IMG/VR virus record: IMGVR_UViG_3300045733_000287 | Location: 1 to 56,426 of that record | Length of the DNA stretch: 56,426 bases | Direction: 5' to 3' (one strand) | From: a virus | Taxonomy: Duplodnaviria; Caudoviricetes | Shown here: positions 18,451-28,799 of the stretch, in pieces | Position numbering within the stretch: the stretch's first letter is position 1 | Layout: every line of letters starts with the position of its first letter | The notes under the pieces: generated by a model | The model's input: the letters and a program-made list of their open reading frames with translations, nothing else | The model's database searches: none | What the model was told of the DNA's origin: nothing | Made by a program: the position numbers and the translations under genes

Positions 18451-20630
18451 GATACTGGTGGTATATATTTTTCTATAATCGTCAACTCTGCTTTGTCTTC
18501 ATTATTCTTTTTCTTCAGGCTTAATAAATACCCTGAAATTGTGTCGCTGAATGTCAAATATCCCAAAGGATTTGCTGATAATAATTCCAAGTCAGTCTGG
18601 GTAAATAGACATTCAATTGTATGTTTCATCGGTTTAAAGATCGGATCAGCCATGGACGAAACAAGGATATCATCACTCTCAATGATTGTATAATCATCAA
18701 TCCCTGCCGTTCCTGTCGTCTCAAGTGAACTATCCTTATCAGTCTTTTGAAACCTTAATACACTCGCAGCGTCAAGCTTTGTCATTCCGGATTTAATCCT
18801 GTTACCCTGCCTGATCAGCATCCGGGACGGCGTGAAATACCTGTTTAAGAGATCATCTTTAAAAAGACTCGAGCCGTTATCAACTGATATATTCTCAGCT
18901 TTTTCAGGCTTCCAATCGTATGTTGCATCAACCTGAGTTTTGATAATGAAAATATCGCTATCTCCTTTTATATCTCTTGTCTCATCTTCTGTTATAGGGG
19001 TTGACAGGTTATCCAGAATTCCTTTCGTGTCGCCCCTCAGAGGAGAAATGTTCTCAAACTTAGTAGCGGTATTCATTATTGAAGTGCGCCTGTTTGTTGT
19101 GTTCGGTTCGGCCCTCCCGTTTGCGCTCAGGTATTCAAAGCTATCAAAGCCTGACTTCAAATCATTCGGGACCAGTTCCGGCATCACTGCTGACTGGATA
19201 TCGTATTTATTGATTCGTGATGACAGGTCCAGAACTTCAACATCCTGAAAGAAATGAGCGTACTCCTCAATCCTTACCCTCTGATAGTTTTCTCCGGATA
19301 ATGTCTCAATAGAATATCCGATATTCCAGATAGCTTTGAGTGACTTGAATAGATCTTTAAAGTTCAATACAAGTGAGCTACCTTCTGATTCTGGCAATGC
19401 GGGATCATATAAATTTAATCCTCTTTGATTGAGTCCTGATTGAATATGAGCGAACCTTAATTGGTTCTCTGCTATATAAGCACCTGCAGATGAGTTGTAA
19501 ATTATGCCAGTCCTGCCAAAGAAATCTGAATAAAATGGATATTGAACATCCAGAACATGCTGCAGGATCCTTTCAGTTGCTTCATACAGCGGGAATCCTT
19601 CAGTGAGTGTAGACGGAGAAGAAGCAACTTTTTGAGTAACTTCCAATCGCTGAAATACAAAATATGCTGAATATGTTGCATTTATGCCGGGGGAATATAT
19701 GACAAATTTTAAACTATTCCCTTTATCACATTTAACCGTTTTAGTTCCTTCTAAGTAATATATCTGATTGAGCCCTCCAAAACCACCAAGGTCATAGGTT
19801 TCTATTATAGTGCCTGCGGGGTCTGTCTCAAGTAAATGTATAAACCACGGGAATGATCCAACATATCTATCAGTTACATTGACTTCAACCGCCCACCTGA
19901 TTACTAACTCATCATAATTATATAAAGCATCTTTAAAAAACGAGGGGACTGATAATAAATTAGTCTGCTTTGTGACATATTCAACTGTCTGTATTTCCAG
20001 AAATTGGCTCGATACTTTATTTAAAGGTATTGAAGTATAACTAATCGTGCCGTTTATATGGTTCAACTGAAAGCCACTAAGGGAACGCAACATTTTTGCA
20101 TAATAAAATATGTCCGTTGCATCATAGTGTAACCCTTTTAAAAGACCGTTGTAATCTGTAATATTGAAATTACCTATTGACTTTAACTTGGTAATGTCAA
20201 TGTCAATATCCTGCCTGTTATCTAACTTAGTTTGGACTGAGCTGTTGATAGCCTTAACCCTTACACCAAAATTGAACTTACCGACCTTTACCGTCTCATA
20301 AAAGTTGAAATTAACATCAAATGAGTTCGGGAATTCCACATACGCACGTGTAGCGGATTTCCACCAGTAAATTCTGAGTGTGCATTTTGCATTGAGTTCA
20401 TAAGCCTCAAACAAATCTTTAAGCATCTTAGCACCATTCCCGACAAAGGTCAAGGAATCGCATAAAAAAGAAGTAAACACTCCTCCAACTTCCAAGTCCC
20501 TCTTGACTTCAAGTGAGCCTGACTTCCATTCTAATGGCTCCGGGTTGCATGTAACAATATCCGTGGCACTTACTAGCCTGAATAAGTACTTTGCCGGGGT
20601 GTTCGATAATATGTCGTCCGGGAATGCCAT
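18447..20630 (-). CDS. Tail tip / hub protein
   Basis: 727 aa directly after the tape measure. Confidence 0.6.
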   Translation of the reverse strand: MAFPDDILSNTPAKYLFRLVSATDIVTCNPEPLEWKSGSLEVKRDLEVGGVFTSFLCDSLTFVGNGAKMLKDLFEAYELNAKCTLRIYWWKSATRAYVEFPNSFDVNFNFYETVKVGKFNFGVRVKAINSSVQTKLDNRQDIDIDITKLKSIGNFNITDYNGLLKGLHYDATDIFYYAKMLRSLSGFQLNHINGTISYTSIPLNKVSSQFLEIQTVEYVTKQTNLLSVPSFFKDALYNYDELVIRWAVEVNVTDRYVGSFPWFIHLLETDPAGTIIETYDLGGFGGLNQIYYLEGTKTVKCDKGNSLKFVIYSPGINATYSAYFVFQRLEVTQKVASSPSTLTEGFPLYEATERILQHVLDVQYPFYSDFFGRTGIIYNSSAGAYIAENQLRFAHIQSGLNQRGLNLYDPALPESEGSSLVLNFKDLFKSLKAIWNIGYSIETLSGENYQRVRIEEYAHFFQDVEVLDLSSRINKYDIQSAVMPELVPNDLKSGFDSFEYLSANGRAEPNTTNRRTSIMNTATKFENISPLRGDTKGILDNLSTPITEDETRDIKGDSDIFIIKTQVDATYDWKPEKAENISVDNGSSLFKDDLLNRYFTPSRMLIRQGNRIKSGMTKLDAASVLRFQKTDKDSSLETTGTAGIDDYTIIESDDILVSSMADPIFKPMKHTIECLFTQTDLELLSANPLGYLTFSDTISGYLLSLKKKNNEDKAELTIIEKYIPPVS

Positions 20631-22984
20631 TAATTTCTCATTAGCCTGTTTAAGTAGATTGTTTGTGAATGACTTGAAGCCTGACCTATCATTCTATTCT
20701 CTTTGTCGAAAATCGCAACCGGTTTGTTTTGAATTGCTTTTCTGACAGATATCATCTCATTCAAAAGCCGTTCATCCGTTATCTGATAGCCGCCTACTTT
20801 CCTGTCTGCCATTCCTATCATCTTTTCCGTTTCCGGATTAGAGAATATCTGAGCTCCTTTGAATTTTGAACCTTCGAAGTATGTAGGCTTTTCAGCTAGT
20901 GCGATATCACCGGAACGCATGAACATTAACTCAGGGCCCGCCTCTCCAAATATACCCCTCTGATCTGCTGACTGAGTACCTTTTGCATATTTCGGAATAG
21001 GCTGAGCTGCAACTAATCCGGCTTGTAATAACCCCATTGCAAGAATCCAGGGAATCATCGGGTTTGCTGCAAACAAAGGAGGCATTGCTGCGGCTGACAT
21101 AACCCCTTTAAATGTGTCAAGAGCTATATTAAATTCAGCCTGTAATTTATCAGCCTTTGCCTGTTTGGTTTTTATTGCATTAGATTTCTTTTCATATTCC
21201 GCTTCGATCTTTTCCTTTTGCGACTCAGTAAGTTTTTTATTGGAGAGTTTCGCCTCTTTTTCTTTGTCGAGATTATTTAATTCCTGATCAAATTTTGCAG
21301 CATTGAGATTGAAAATACCGTTAATAGCTTCGGATGCAAGTTGAAATTCATTATTTCTTAGATCTTCTGCAATTTGTCTTCTTTCCTCAGCCGCATTTCT
21401 TTCATATTCCGTTATTGCATCAGTTTTTTTCTTAGTGTCCTCTGTGATTTGTTTGTTTTGCTGAAGACCGGTCTGTACCTTTTTCATTCCGGATATCTCA
21501 GCTATCTTATTAAATAACTCAAGATCCGTTATCTCTTTATTTTTTTCTTTCTCAACCGACTTATTCCATTTATCCGTCAATGTCTTTTTTAATTTATCTT
21601 CAGCCTCTAAATTATGTTCTTTAAGTTCGGCAACCGCTGTTATAGCAGCTAGTTCCTCTTTATAAAGTTCTTTTTTAGCGGCTGCAATAGTTTTTGCAAC
21701 TCTTATCTGCCGTCCTGCGCTCTCGGTCTCTAATTCAATACTTCTTGCAAGAGCTTGCTGCATTTTTAAATCATCTTCATCTCTAAATTGTCCTGCTTTT
21801 TTCTTTTCATCATTTGCGATAGCGAGTAAAAGTATTTTTCTGTTCTGATTTTTTATTTCATCATCAGTAACTTTATTTTCCAGATCCAATGCTGTTTGTA
21901 ATGCGGCAATCCTTACTTCATGTGATTTAGTTTCGTCAGCATATAATAACCGGGCTTCTTTGATTTGAAGGTTTGCCTCAGCTCTTGGAACTATCATTCC
22001 CCTTTCAAGGTCTTCAAGTTGCTGCATCCCTAAAGTATATTTCTCCATTGCAAATGAAGCCATATCCATCATGGTTCCTACCTCTGTCCATGCAGGACTG
22101 ATCATAGTTGCTAATACAGTCCAAAACTTACCGGCTTTCTTTTCTGGCTTATCAAAAGCGTCAGCCATTTTCTCACCGCCGGAAATAAGTTCACCAGTAA
22201 GGACGCTAAATGCGGCCTTTAATCCCGCAACTTTTCTTTCAAGTAATTCAGCACCTTTTTCAGATTTTGTAAAGAATGCAACTAATGGAGCTGATATTGC
22301 CAAAACGCCCGCAGCGACTAAGGCTCCTGTTGGTCCTATTGCTGCTAATTTAGTTGTGAATCCTTTTACAGAACTAGCGGCACTACCAAGCGGACCCGGT
22401 AAGCTTTCTACTGCATCCGCAATATTTTTAAATGCCCCCGGATAATTACCAACATTCATTTTTAGTTTTACAAGCTCGCTGGAATTAGCCCTTATGGTAT
22501 TGGTATTCTTGTTTATTGTATTATTTATTTCATTATTTCTTTTACTACCCTGCTCAGTTTCAAGGTTTAATTTACGCTGTTCGGCATAGAGTTTTTTGTT
22601 CTCAGCGGTTAGTTTTTCGATACTTCCTATAGCTGCCTTTTCCAGTGTTACCTGATCTTTAAGAGCTTTTGTAGCCTCCTGAGTAGCTATTCTATTTTGA
22701 ATGATAGTCTTTAGCCTTTCATCTTCTGTCTGTTTTAATTTCGCTTCACTAGCCGCCAACTGCTTACCGAGTGCATCCAATTTCTTACCCTCATCGGTTG
22801 TTTGTTTTTGTGCCTTTCCTAAATTGTCAAATGAAATAACATTATCTTTTATCTCTTTACTACTGTCGGAAATAGTCTTAACGAGCGTTAAATATCTCTC
22901 TGATGTTGTATTTAATGTATCATTTAACGAGGTAAGCCCCTTGTTAATCTCATCTATTTGCGCTATCTCCTGACTTTTTGCCAT
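20630..22984 (-). CDS. Tape measure protein
   Basis: Long helical A/K/E-rich protein; NVGNY, hydrophobic segments, QPIPKYAKGT..GEAGPE. Confidence 0.85.
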   Translation of the reverse strand: MAKSQEIAQIDEINKGLTSLNDTLNTTSERYLTLVKTISDSSKEIKDNVISFDNLGKAQKQTTDEGKKLDALGKQLAASEAKLKQTEDERLKTIIQNRIATQEATKALKDQVTLEKAAIGSIEKLTAENKKLYAEQRKLNLETEQGSKRNNEINNTINKNTNTIRANSSELVKLKMNVGNYPGAFKNIADAVESLPGPLGSAASSVKGFTTKLAAIGPTGALVAAGVLAISAPLVAFFTKSEKGAELLERKVAGLKAAFSVLTGELISGGEKMADAFDKPEKKAGKFWTVLATMISPAWTEVGTMMDMASFAMEKYTLGMQQLEDLERGMIVPRAEANLQIKEARLLYADETKSHEVRIAALQTALDLENKVTDDEIKNQNRKILLLAIANDEKKKAGQFRDEDDLKMQQALARSIELETESAGRQIRVAKTIAAAKKELYKEELAAITAVAELKEHNLEAEDKLKKTLTDKWNKSVEKEKNKEITDLELFNKIAEISGMKKVQTGLQQNKQITEDTKKKTDAITEYERNAAEERRQIAEDLRNNEFQLASEAINGIFNLNAAKFDQELNNLDKEKEAKLSNKKLTESQKEKIEAEYEKKSNAIKTKQAKADKLQAEFNIALDTFKGVMSAAAMPPLFAANPMIPWILAMGLLQAGLVAAQPIPKYAKGTQSADQRGIFGEAGPELMFMRSGDIALAEKPTYFEGSKFKGAQIFSNPETEKMIGMADRKVGGYQITDERLLNEMISVRKAIQNKPVAIFDKENRMIGQASSHSQTIYLNRLMRN

Positions 22985-23595
22985 TAGTTTTCCTCCTCTT
23001 GTGGTTTACTTTGCTTAACCCGATCTTCGGCCATTGCCTTTAATTCGACAAATGTTATCAGTCTCATTGATTCGTTATAAGGCTCCGACATATAATTAAA
23101 GACTGAATAAATGACTTTCGTTAATTTAACCTCCGTTTTTTCCTGTTCCGGGTACATCTCCGCATGCTTATCTATTTTATGCTGGATATAGTCTCTAAGT
23201 TCTTTGACGTTCTCAGGAGCCTTTATTTCAATCCCTGTGTGCTTTTTTACCTCATCTAAGACTTTCTTTAACTGTTCCGATTCTTTATAGTCCTTTTCGA
23301 GTATTATTTTCCATGCGTTGATCCTGGCTTTTATGCCTAATTCAATGTCAACTGCCTTATAAAGTGCCTCAAGTAGTTGTAACCTGCGATATGACATTAA
23401 CTTATCCCATTCGTCCTGAATATTATCTATTGTCTTACCTCCTATTGAATCAAATATCTGCTTAGTTAAGTTTTCAAGTTGCTTGTGAAATAAAAATAAA
23501 GGGACAAACCAGTACTTTTTGAGACAATTGGCATTCTTTGTCGCATCGAGCAGGATGATATCCTTTAATAAAATCTCATGCAATTTTTTGATCAT
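22984..23595 (-). CDS. Putative tail assembly chaperone
   Basis: Helical protein immediately upstream of the tape measure. Confidence 0.5.
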   Translation of the reverse strand: MIKKLHEILLKDIILLDATKNANCLKKYWFVPLFLFHKQLENLTKQIFDSIGGKTIDNIQDEWDKLMSYRRLQLLEALYKAVDIELGIKARINAWKIILEKDYKESEQLKKVLDEVKKHTGIEIKAPENVKELRDYIQHKIDKHAEMYPEQEKTEVKLTKVIYSVFNYMSEPYNESMRLITFVELKAMAEDRVKQSKPQEEEN

Positions 23596-23645
23596 TTCTC
23601 AACTATTGTTTTATCATTTTCTGACATATTAACTGTTTTTAAAAA

Positions 23646-25031
23646 TTATACTGCTATCCTCATTAATCCAAGACTTGACAAAACAATAAGATAAGGAAAT
23701 TCGGCAGGTATCCTGTGTCTATAATCAGATGCGGGTAAATAAAAATTCCACATAACATTATCAATTACTTTAATAGTATTCCACGTAACACCACCATCGG
23801 TTGACTTAGTTAATAAAGCACTATTTGATGTACTAATCCCATTAATATACATAGCAAACAATGTGGAAGTTCCTTCAATAGAAGCAATTTCTGCCCAAGC
23901 CACATTATATTCTTCTGGTGCTATAAATAATCTTGTAAGAGTTGTGTCATTGGTTGATTTCCATATACGATTTGATCCTGCAACATCATCATCACCAAAA
24001 TATCTTACCCCCGGAATACTTGTCATGCTTATAAAACCTGCTGTATATGCTCCTAATGTTGTAGTCCAACTTGCTCCCTCATTATCAGAATAACGACAAA
24101 CTTTTGTTTCACCTGTGGTTACATAAAGTCTTTGTGTTTCAGGATCAATAAATACCTGATGAATATGATGATATGCAGCGAATGTGTCAATTCTTGTCCA
24201 ATTTTCCCCATTATCAGTAGATTTCCATAAATAGGCTGTATCTCCTGCGGTTTCATTATACTCTCCTATGAACATTGTACCATTTGATGCTTGTGCAAAG
24301 TTCCATGGAACTCTAATAAAACCTGAATTTGTTGTCATTACTTTAGACCAATTTGCTCCTCCATCAACAGACCTCCATACATCTGTTCCATCCCCATCCG
24401 TACCACAATTGACAAATAATATTCCATCTTTTGAAACAAAACATGAAAACAAAGTACCAGTAAAAACCTTATCAAAGGTTATCCAGGTATCTCCAAAGTC
24501 TAAGGATTTTTCGACATGATTATTTTTACATCCATACATAACGGCACCCAATAAACAACAACTTGTATGTGCAGACAATACCGTATAAGGAGTAGGGTAT
24601 ATTTTTTCTTTAACAGAAAACGAAGTAAGGCTAAATGAACCGGCTGCATTATCTCCAATAATATAAAGATTATCACTACTTTGAATACAAGGTGCATCAA
24701 AGGTATATGCGGCAACCGGATAGTTTGCATAATCATTAAATGCACCAGAAAATACTGAAGAACCATCTGATGCAGCTAACTTAAATCGTGGTGTTGCTCC
24801 ATCTGTTACTTCAAAAGTAATTCTGTAAATTGTACCTACTCTAATAGGAATGGGTCTGTATAATGCCTTATCATTGCCTGTTGCACCTGAGAACGTAGCC
24901 TTTCCTCCTGATATTGCCCAATTATTTGCAGACAAGCCAAGCCACCCTGTTGTTGCAGAAAATAACCCATTTACAACAATCTCATTCCAAAATATGGATG
25001 CTATACTTGTATATGCAGAGAAATTTATCAT
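23646..25031 (-). CDS. BNR/Asp-box beta-propeller protein with N-terminal carbohydrate-binding-like domain
   Basis: Repeated S.D.G..W boxes (SLDFGDTW, SVDGGANW, STDNGENW, SDNEGASW, STDGGVTW). Confidence 0.8.
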   Translation of the reverse strand: MINFSAYTSIASIFWNEIVVNGLFSATTGWLGLSANNWAISGGKATFSGATGNDKALYRPIPIRVGTIYRITFEVTDGATPRFKLAASDGSSVFSGAFNDYANYPVAAYTFDAPCIQSSDNLYIIGDNAAGSFSLTSFSVKEKIYPTPYTVLSAHTSCCLLGAVMYGCKNNHVEKSLDFGDTWITFDKVFTGTLFSCFVSKDGILFVNCGTDGDGTDVWRSVDGGANWSKVMTTNSGFIRVPWNFAQASNGTMFIGEYNETAGDTAYLWKSTDNGENWTRIDTFAAYHHIHQVFIDPETQRLYVTTGETKVCRYSDNEGASWTTTLGAYTAGFISMTSIPGVRYFGDDDVAGSNRIWKSTNDTTLTRLFIAPEEYNVAWAEIASIEGTSTLFAMYINGISTSNSALLTKSTDGGVTWNTIKVIDNVMWNFYLPASDYRHRIPAEFPYLIVLSSLGLMRIAV

Positions 25032-26293
25032 AGCGGAACAGAATATTTAGTTTTAAGATAGTTCATTAAGGAATCACTTGTTATAACACTATCAGCAGTT
25101 TTTCTAAGTATTAATTCTTGAAATTCTACATGACCATAAGCACTGCCAGATGTTCCTGCTCTCGCGAGAGTAACGCCCCTCATATTATTTATACCTAAAT
25201 TTTGATTTTCTGCAATTGCATGATCGTTAACCTGTAAAGATGAAGTTGTGTTTCTAAATAATATTCTTATTATAACTCTTTGATCTGCGGCTACAACATT
25301 TATCCATTTTTCAGTACCAGCCGAAACACCTATTGTAGCAACTCCTGTAGTTGAATTTTTAAAAGTTGCCCATCCTGTCGTAAGTCCATCAAAAACTATA
25401 TCATTAATTGTAAAAGATTTAAAATTAATAACCGCATAAAGGAATGTGGGTTGTTGTAATATTACTCCAAAATCTGCCGATTTCATAAAGTCATTAGACC
25501 CATCAAATAATATTCCTGTTTCTGACCAGACTGGTTTAATAGCATCTGCTCCAGCTTGAAGAATAGCCTTTGTTGCGTCACCTAACTTATCCCCCCAACT
25601 TGAAACCCTATTACTACCATCTTTTGTTATGGTTGTTAAATCTGTTGAATCATACCATGCAACGGTATTGCCATCTTCTGCAATATTGTTTGTAATTACT
25701 TGATTAATTAATGCGGCAGCATTACCACCATTCATTATCCTGAGTTTATTATTTGCAGGAACTACATAAGATACTTTAAGTATATCAAAATAAATTACAG
25801 GAGTACTCAATGTTAAGGTAACAGTATATCCTGCTATAACAACTGAACTAATAGTATGATCTATAACTGTAAAATCAGTTGTAGTTGGTACTGAAGCATA
25901 ATCTAAAATATTATTATAAACCAATCTTAATTTAGTAGGTGTTAAATTTTCTACTATTGCAGAAACAAGTGCAGGAATATCAGATGATGCTGAAACATTT
26001 ACATAACGAACTCTATAATAATATGTAGTTGTATATGCTGTTACATCTGTATCTGTATAAGTAGATACACCTGGTGCAACTGCCGCTTTTTCAAACCAAG
26101 TATAACTATTAAATGATTTTTCAATAATTATATATGAAAATGAAGATGAGCCATGATTAACCCACGATAAATCAATTTGTGAATCAGAAACAATATCTAT
26201 TGTTAAATCAGAGGGAAAGTGTGAAGTCCAGTAACTCTGCTGACTCGTGCCTATTGTAGATACATGTGTCCCTATATTGGCAATAGTACTCAT
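25028..26293 (-). CDS. FN3 + SwmB-like + LamG-like virion accessory protein
   Basis: SQIDLSW..YYYRVR; SAIV...LRLVY..P..TDF..VTLTL..VSY; AWYDS.D..VSSW.D..FDGSNDFM. Confidence 0.65.
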   Translation of the reverse strand: MSTIANIGTHVSTIGTSQQSYWTSHFPSDLTIDIVSDSQIDLSWVNHGSSSFSYIIIEKSFNSYTWFEKAAVAPGVSTYTDTDVTAYTTTYYYRVRYVNVSASSDIPALVSAIVENLTPTKLRLVYNNILDYASVPTTTDFTVIDHTISSVVIAGYTVTLTLSTPVIYFDILKVSYVVPANNKLRIMNGGNAAALINQVITNNIAEDGNTVAWYDSTDLTTITKDGSNRVSSWGDKLGDATKAILQAGADAIKPVWSETGILFDGSNDFMKSADFGVILQQPTFLYAVINFKSFTINDIVFDGLTTGWATFKNSTTGVATIGVSAGTEKWINVVAADQRVIIRILFRNTTSSLQVNDHAIAENQNLGINNMRGVTLARAGTSGSAYGHVEFQELILRKTADSVITSDSLMNYLKTKYSVPL

Positions 26294-26634
26294 TCGCTTA
26301 TCTGATCTTTCGTTTTATAACCATGCAAGCTTCCTGAAGTCAGATCTACACTTGTTATAATATAACCATCTGCACGGTAAATAACCCCGGCAAATAGTCC
26401 CTGAGTAATGTCATTGCTGATTATTGCGGATATATCAACCTCAACGGCTCTTATCTCTGCCAATGTTGTTACCTCTGCCTTTAAAGCAACGCCTTTTATG
26501 GCATTAATAACCGCACCGTCCGAAGCATTGAAACCCCAGAATTGTTTGTCAATGACCGCATCCGTGCCGGAAATATCAAAACTTCCTCCCCTTGCGAGTG
26601 CTTCATCTAATGAGCCGTCATACTTTAGTATCAT
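26290..26634 (-). CDS. Small structural protein
   Basis: 114 aa; overlaps the start of the next gene. Confidence 0.6.
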   Translation of the reverse strand: MILKYDGSLDEALARGGSFDISGTDAVIDKQFWGFNASDGAVINAIKGVALKAEVTTLAEIRAVEVDISAIISNDITQGLFAGVIYRADGYIITSVDLTSGSLHGYKTKDQISE

Positions 26635-26684
26635 GATCTTTGTTTTTAAGTGAATATTTTATATATCTTTTTAATCATTTCATC

Positions 26685-28121
26685 CTATCTTATTTCCTCA
26701 ATTGTCGCAACTTGTGCTGTAAAGGTTCCGCTTGAACAAACAACTGTCATATTAATATACCATTGATTTGCTATTGCTATTGCAGGAGTGGCCGGAGCTG
26801 CTATTGTTGTCGGTAATTGAACTGCACCCGCATAACCAACTCCGTCAACTGCAATCGTTGTTGCACTTCTTATTGTTATTAAACACTCAAATCCTGCTCG
26901 TGCATTTGCCGCCTGTGCAGCACTCGTTACGCTCTTCCAATCTTCTGTATCTGAAATAGAGCCATTTGCACCGCATTTAATTCTAAAGATCAAAGTACCT
27001 GTACTTGAGGAGTTACCAACTACCCACGCCCTGAATGTCGAACCAACGACCGCACGGCCGGCAGGTATTGTTAATCGTAATAATACTTTCTCAGTAGTAC
27101 CGGAAGAAGCAACCGGAGCAGCCAGATTAGTAAATAACCTAACAGGATTGTATATCCCGTCAAAATAGGTTTTTAAAGTTGCTTTGATATTTGCCCATGT
27201 GACCTTTGAAAGTATTGTTCCAACTATCTTATAAAATGGGAATTCATCAGCATCTAATGGGGTTGTCTGCGCTCCTGCTCCTGTTATGATAGTCGCTATC
27301 CGTGCAGCCGTTTCGTCGCCTGTATTTGACCCTGATATTGTAGGCTTGTTAAGCAATACACCTAATCCAGCAGAGGCATCCCAGTCTGTTTGAACCTGTG
27401 CGGCAGGGATTGAAGGCTTATTTAATATTTGAGCATCACCAGACGAGGCGTTCCAGTCAGCATTAACATTTACCTCTGCTCCTGCAGGTGCGTGTGAACT
27501 ACCTGCATGAGTAACCGCCCCGTCGTAACTTGTTTTTAAAGCAGATGTAAGATCATTTGCTGAAAGTGATTTGCCTGTTTGTTTCGGCTCTAATCCTGAT
27601 AAATCCTGATTATCACTACCGGCCGCATGATCTAATGAGTTTGAATGATCCAGACTATTACTATGCTTTAACGATACGGCGCTTGCAAGGTTTGTTTCAG
27701 ATTGTGTATAATTATCTAATGTTGATTTATTAGAATGACTATGATCCTGTGAATTACTATGATCTAAATTATTCGAGTGATCGAGCGAATTACTGTGAAT
27801 CTTTACTATCTCTGTATCAGGTACTAATGATTTACCAGACTCTTTTACAACTAAATTAGACAAATCCTGATTATCTGAGCCCCTCACATGATCATTGCTA
27901 TTGCTATGCTTCAATGAAATAACAGAAGCAATATCAGAATCAGCTTTTACAGATTGTAAGGTTACCCCGCCGGGTGTCCCACTTTGGTTACGGATTTTTA
28001 ATAGATCAGCAGCACTAATAAGAGAATAGCCGGGCATTTTATCAACCTTACCGGTTAATAACCTGGTGATTCTATTAATTATATTGCGTTCTATAATATT
28101 TTCTGATAACCTATCACCCAT
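26685..28121 (-). CDS. Fibre-like protein with His/Ser/Asn hexapeptide repeats
   Basis: (L)DHSNS repeats; NADWNA..G.AQILNKP motifs; beta-rich C-terminal head. Confidence 0.65.
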   Translation of the reverse strand: MGDRLSENIIERNIINRITRLLTGKVDKMPGYSLISAADLLKIRNQSGTPGGVTLQSVKADSDIASVISLKHSNSNDHVRGSDNQDLSNLVVKESGKSLVPDTEIVKIHSNSLDHSNNLDHSNSQDHSHSNKSTLDNYTQSETNLASAVSLKHSNSLDHSNSLDHAAGSDNQDLSGLEPKQTGKSLSANDLTSALKTSYDGAVTHAGSSHAPAGAEVNVNADWNASSGDAQILNKPSIPAAQVQTDWDASAGLGVLLNKPTISGSNTGDETAARIATIITGAGAQTTPLDADEFPFYKIVGTILSKVTWANIKATLKTYFDGIYNPVRLFTNLAAPVASSGTTEKVLLRLTIPAGRAVVGSTFRAWVVGNSSSTGTLIFRIKCGANGSISDTEDWKSVTSAAQAANARAGFECLITIRSATTIAVDGVGYAGAVQLPTTIAAPATPAIAIANQWYINMTVVCSSGTFTAQVATIEEIR

Positions 28122-28561
28122 TACTGAAATACCTCTTTTAAATAGTCATTGATAATGTTAGCATCATTAATGCTTTTTGCTTTATCCTGATTATCCGGAG
28201 CAACCCCGAATATCTTTTGTCCGTAGTTCTTTGCCAGCCATTTGACTTTATAGTCTTTTGACCCAATGAAATATTGTTTTTGATCCGGCATAAAAAGGAA
28301 CATAGCATTTTGGAATTCGCCTGTTACAAATAAGTCCGGTTTTTTCTTCCCTGTTCTTCTTGCATATGCCTTACTAAGAAGTTCTGAGCCTGTATTTTTA
28401 TGAATCAATGGTTTATTATTAGCATCCTTGCTATTAAACATCTGTGATCTGTTCAGGTCAACTGTCTTTTGCTGATCAGATTCTATGATACGGATGACAT
28501 TAGCTTCAAAGTTTGCCAGCCATTCATTTGATCTTTTCTGCATGTCAAGTATCAGTGCCAT
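28121..28561 (-). CDS. Putative neck / tail completion protein
   Basis: Y.RR....PDL..TG.F..KY...IFG pattern and position. Confidence 0.5.
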   Translation of the reverse strand: MALILDMQKRSNEWLANFEANVIRIIESDQQKTVDLNRSQMFNSKDANNKPLIHKNTGSELLSKAYARRTGKKKPDLFVTGEFQNAMFLFMPDQKQYFIGSKDYKVKWLAKNYGQKIFGVAPDNQDKAKSINDANIINDYLKEVFQ

Positions 28562-28573
28562 AAACAGGGTATT

Positions 28574-28604
28574 AAAAAAGGGGTCATTTTATCATTCGAC
28601 CCCT
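28574..28604 (-). terminator. Rho-independent terminator after the major tail genes
   Basis: AGGGGTC..GACCCCT followed by a T-tract. Confidence 0.7.
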
Positions 28605-28613
28605 CTATTTAAA

Positions 28614-28799
28614 CTAAGCGTCTCCGCCCTTTTTAGCTTTCGGAACCTTGACCCCCAAAGCCTTTGCGATTTCTTCAGGTGTCTCAGTTGCATGACCCTT
28701 AACAGAGTGTTCATAGAAATTAAGAAACTCTTTCCATGTCCAGTCTTTCCAGTTAACTGAAGGATCTGTCGTGTTGATATCAACTTCCCCGAATTTCAT
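28614..28799 (-). CDS. Small protein after the major tail protein
   Basis: 61 aa; coupled to the upstream stop. Confidence 0.6.
   Translation of the reverse strand: MKFGEVDINTTDPSVNWKDWTWKEFLNFYEHSVKGHATETPEEIAKALGVKVPKAKKGGDA

Noticed and set aside
28592-28799. Programmed frameshift between the two overlapping small ORFs after the tail tube
   Set aside because: No convincing slippery heptamer found, and the alternative frame ends inside the terminator
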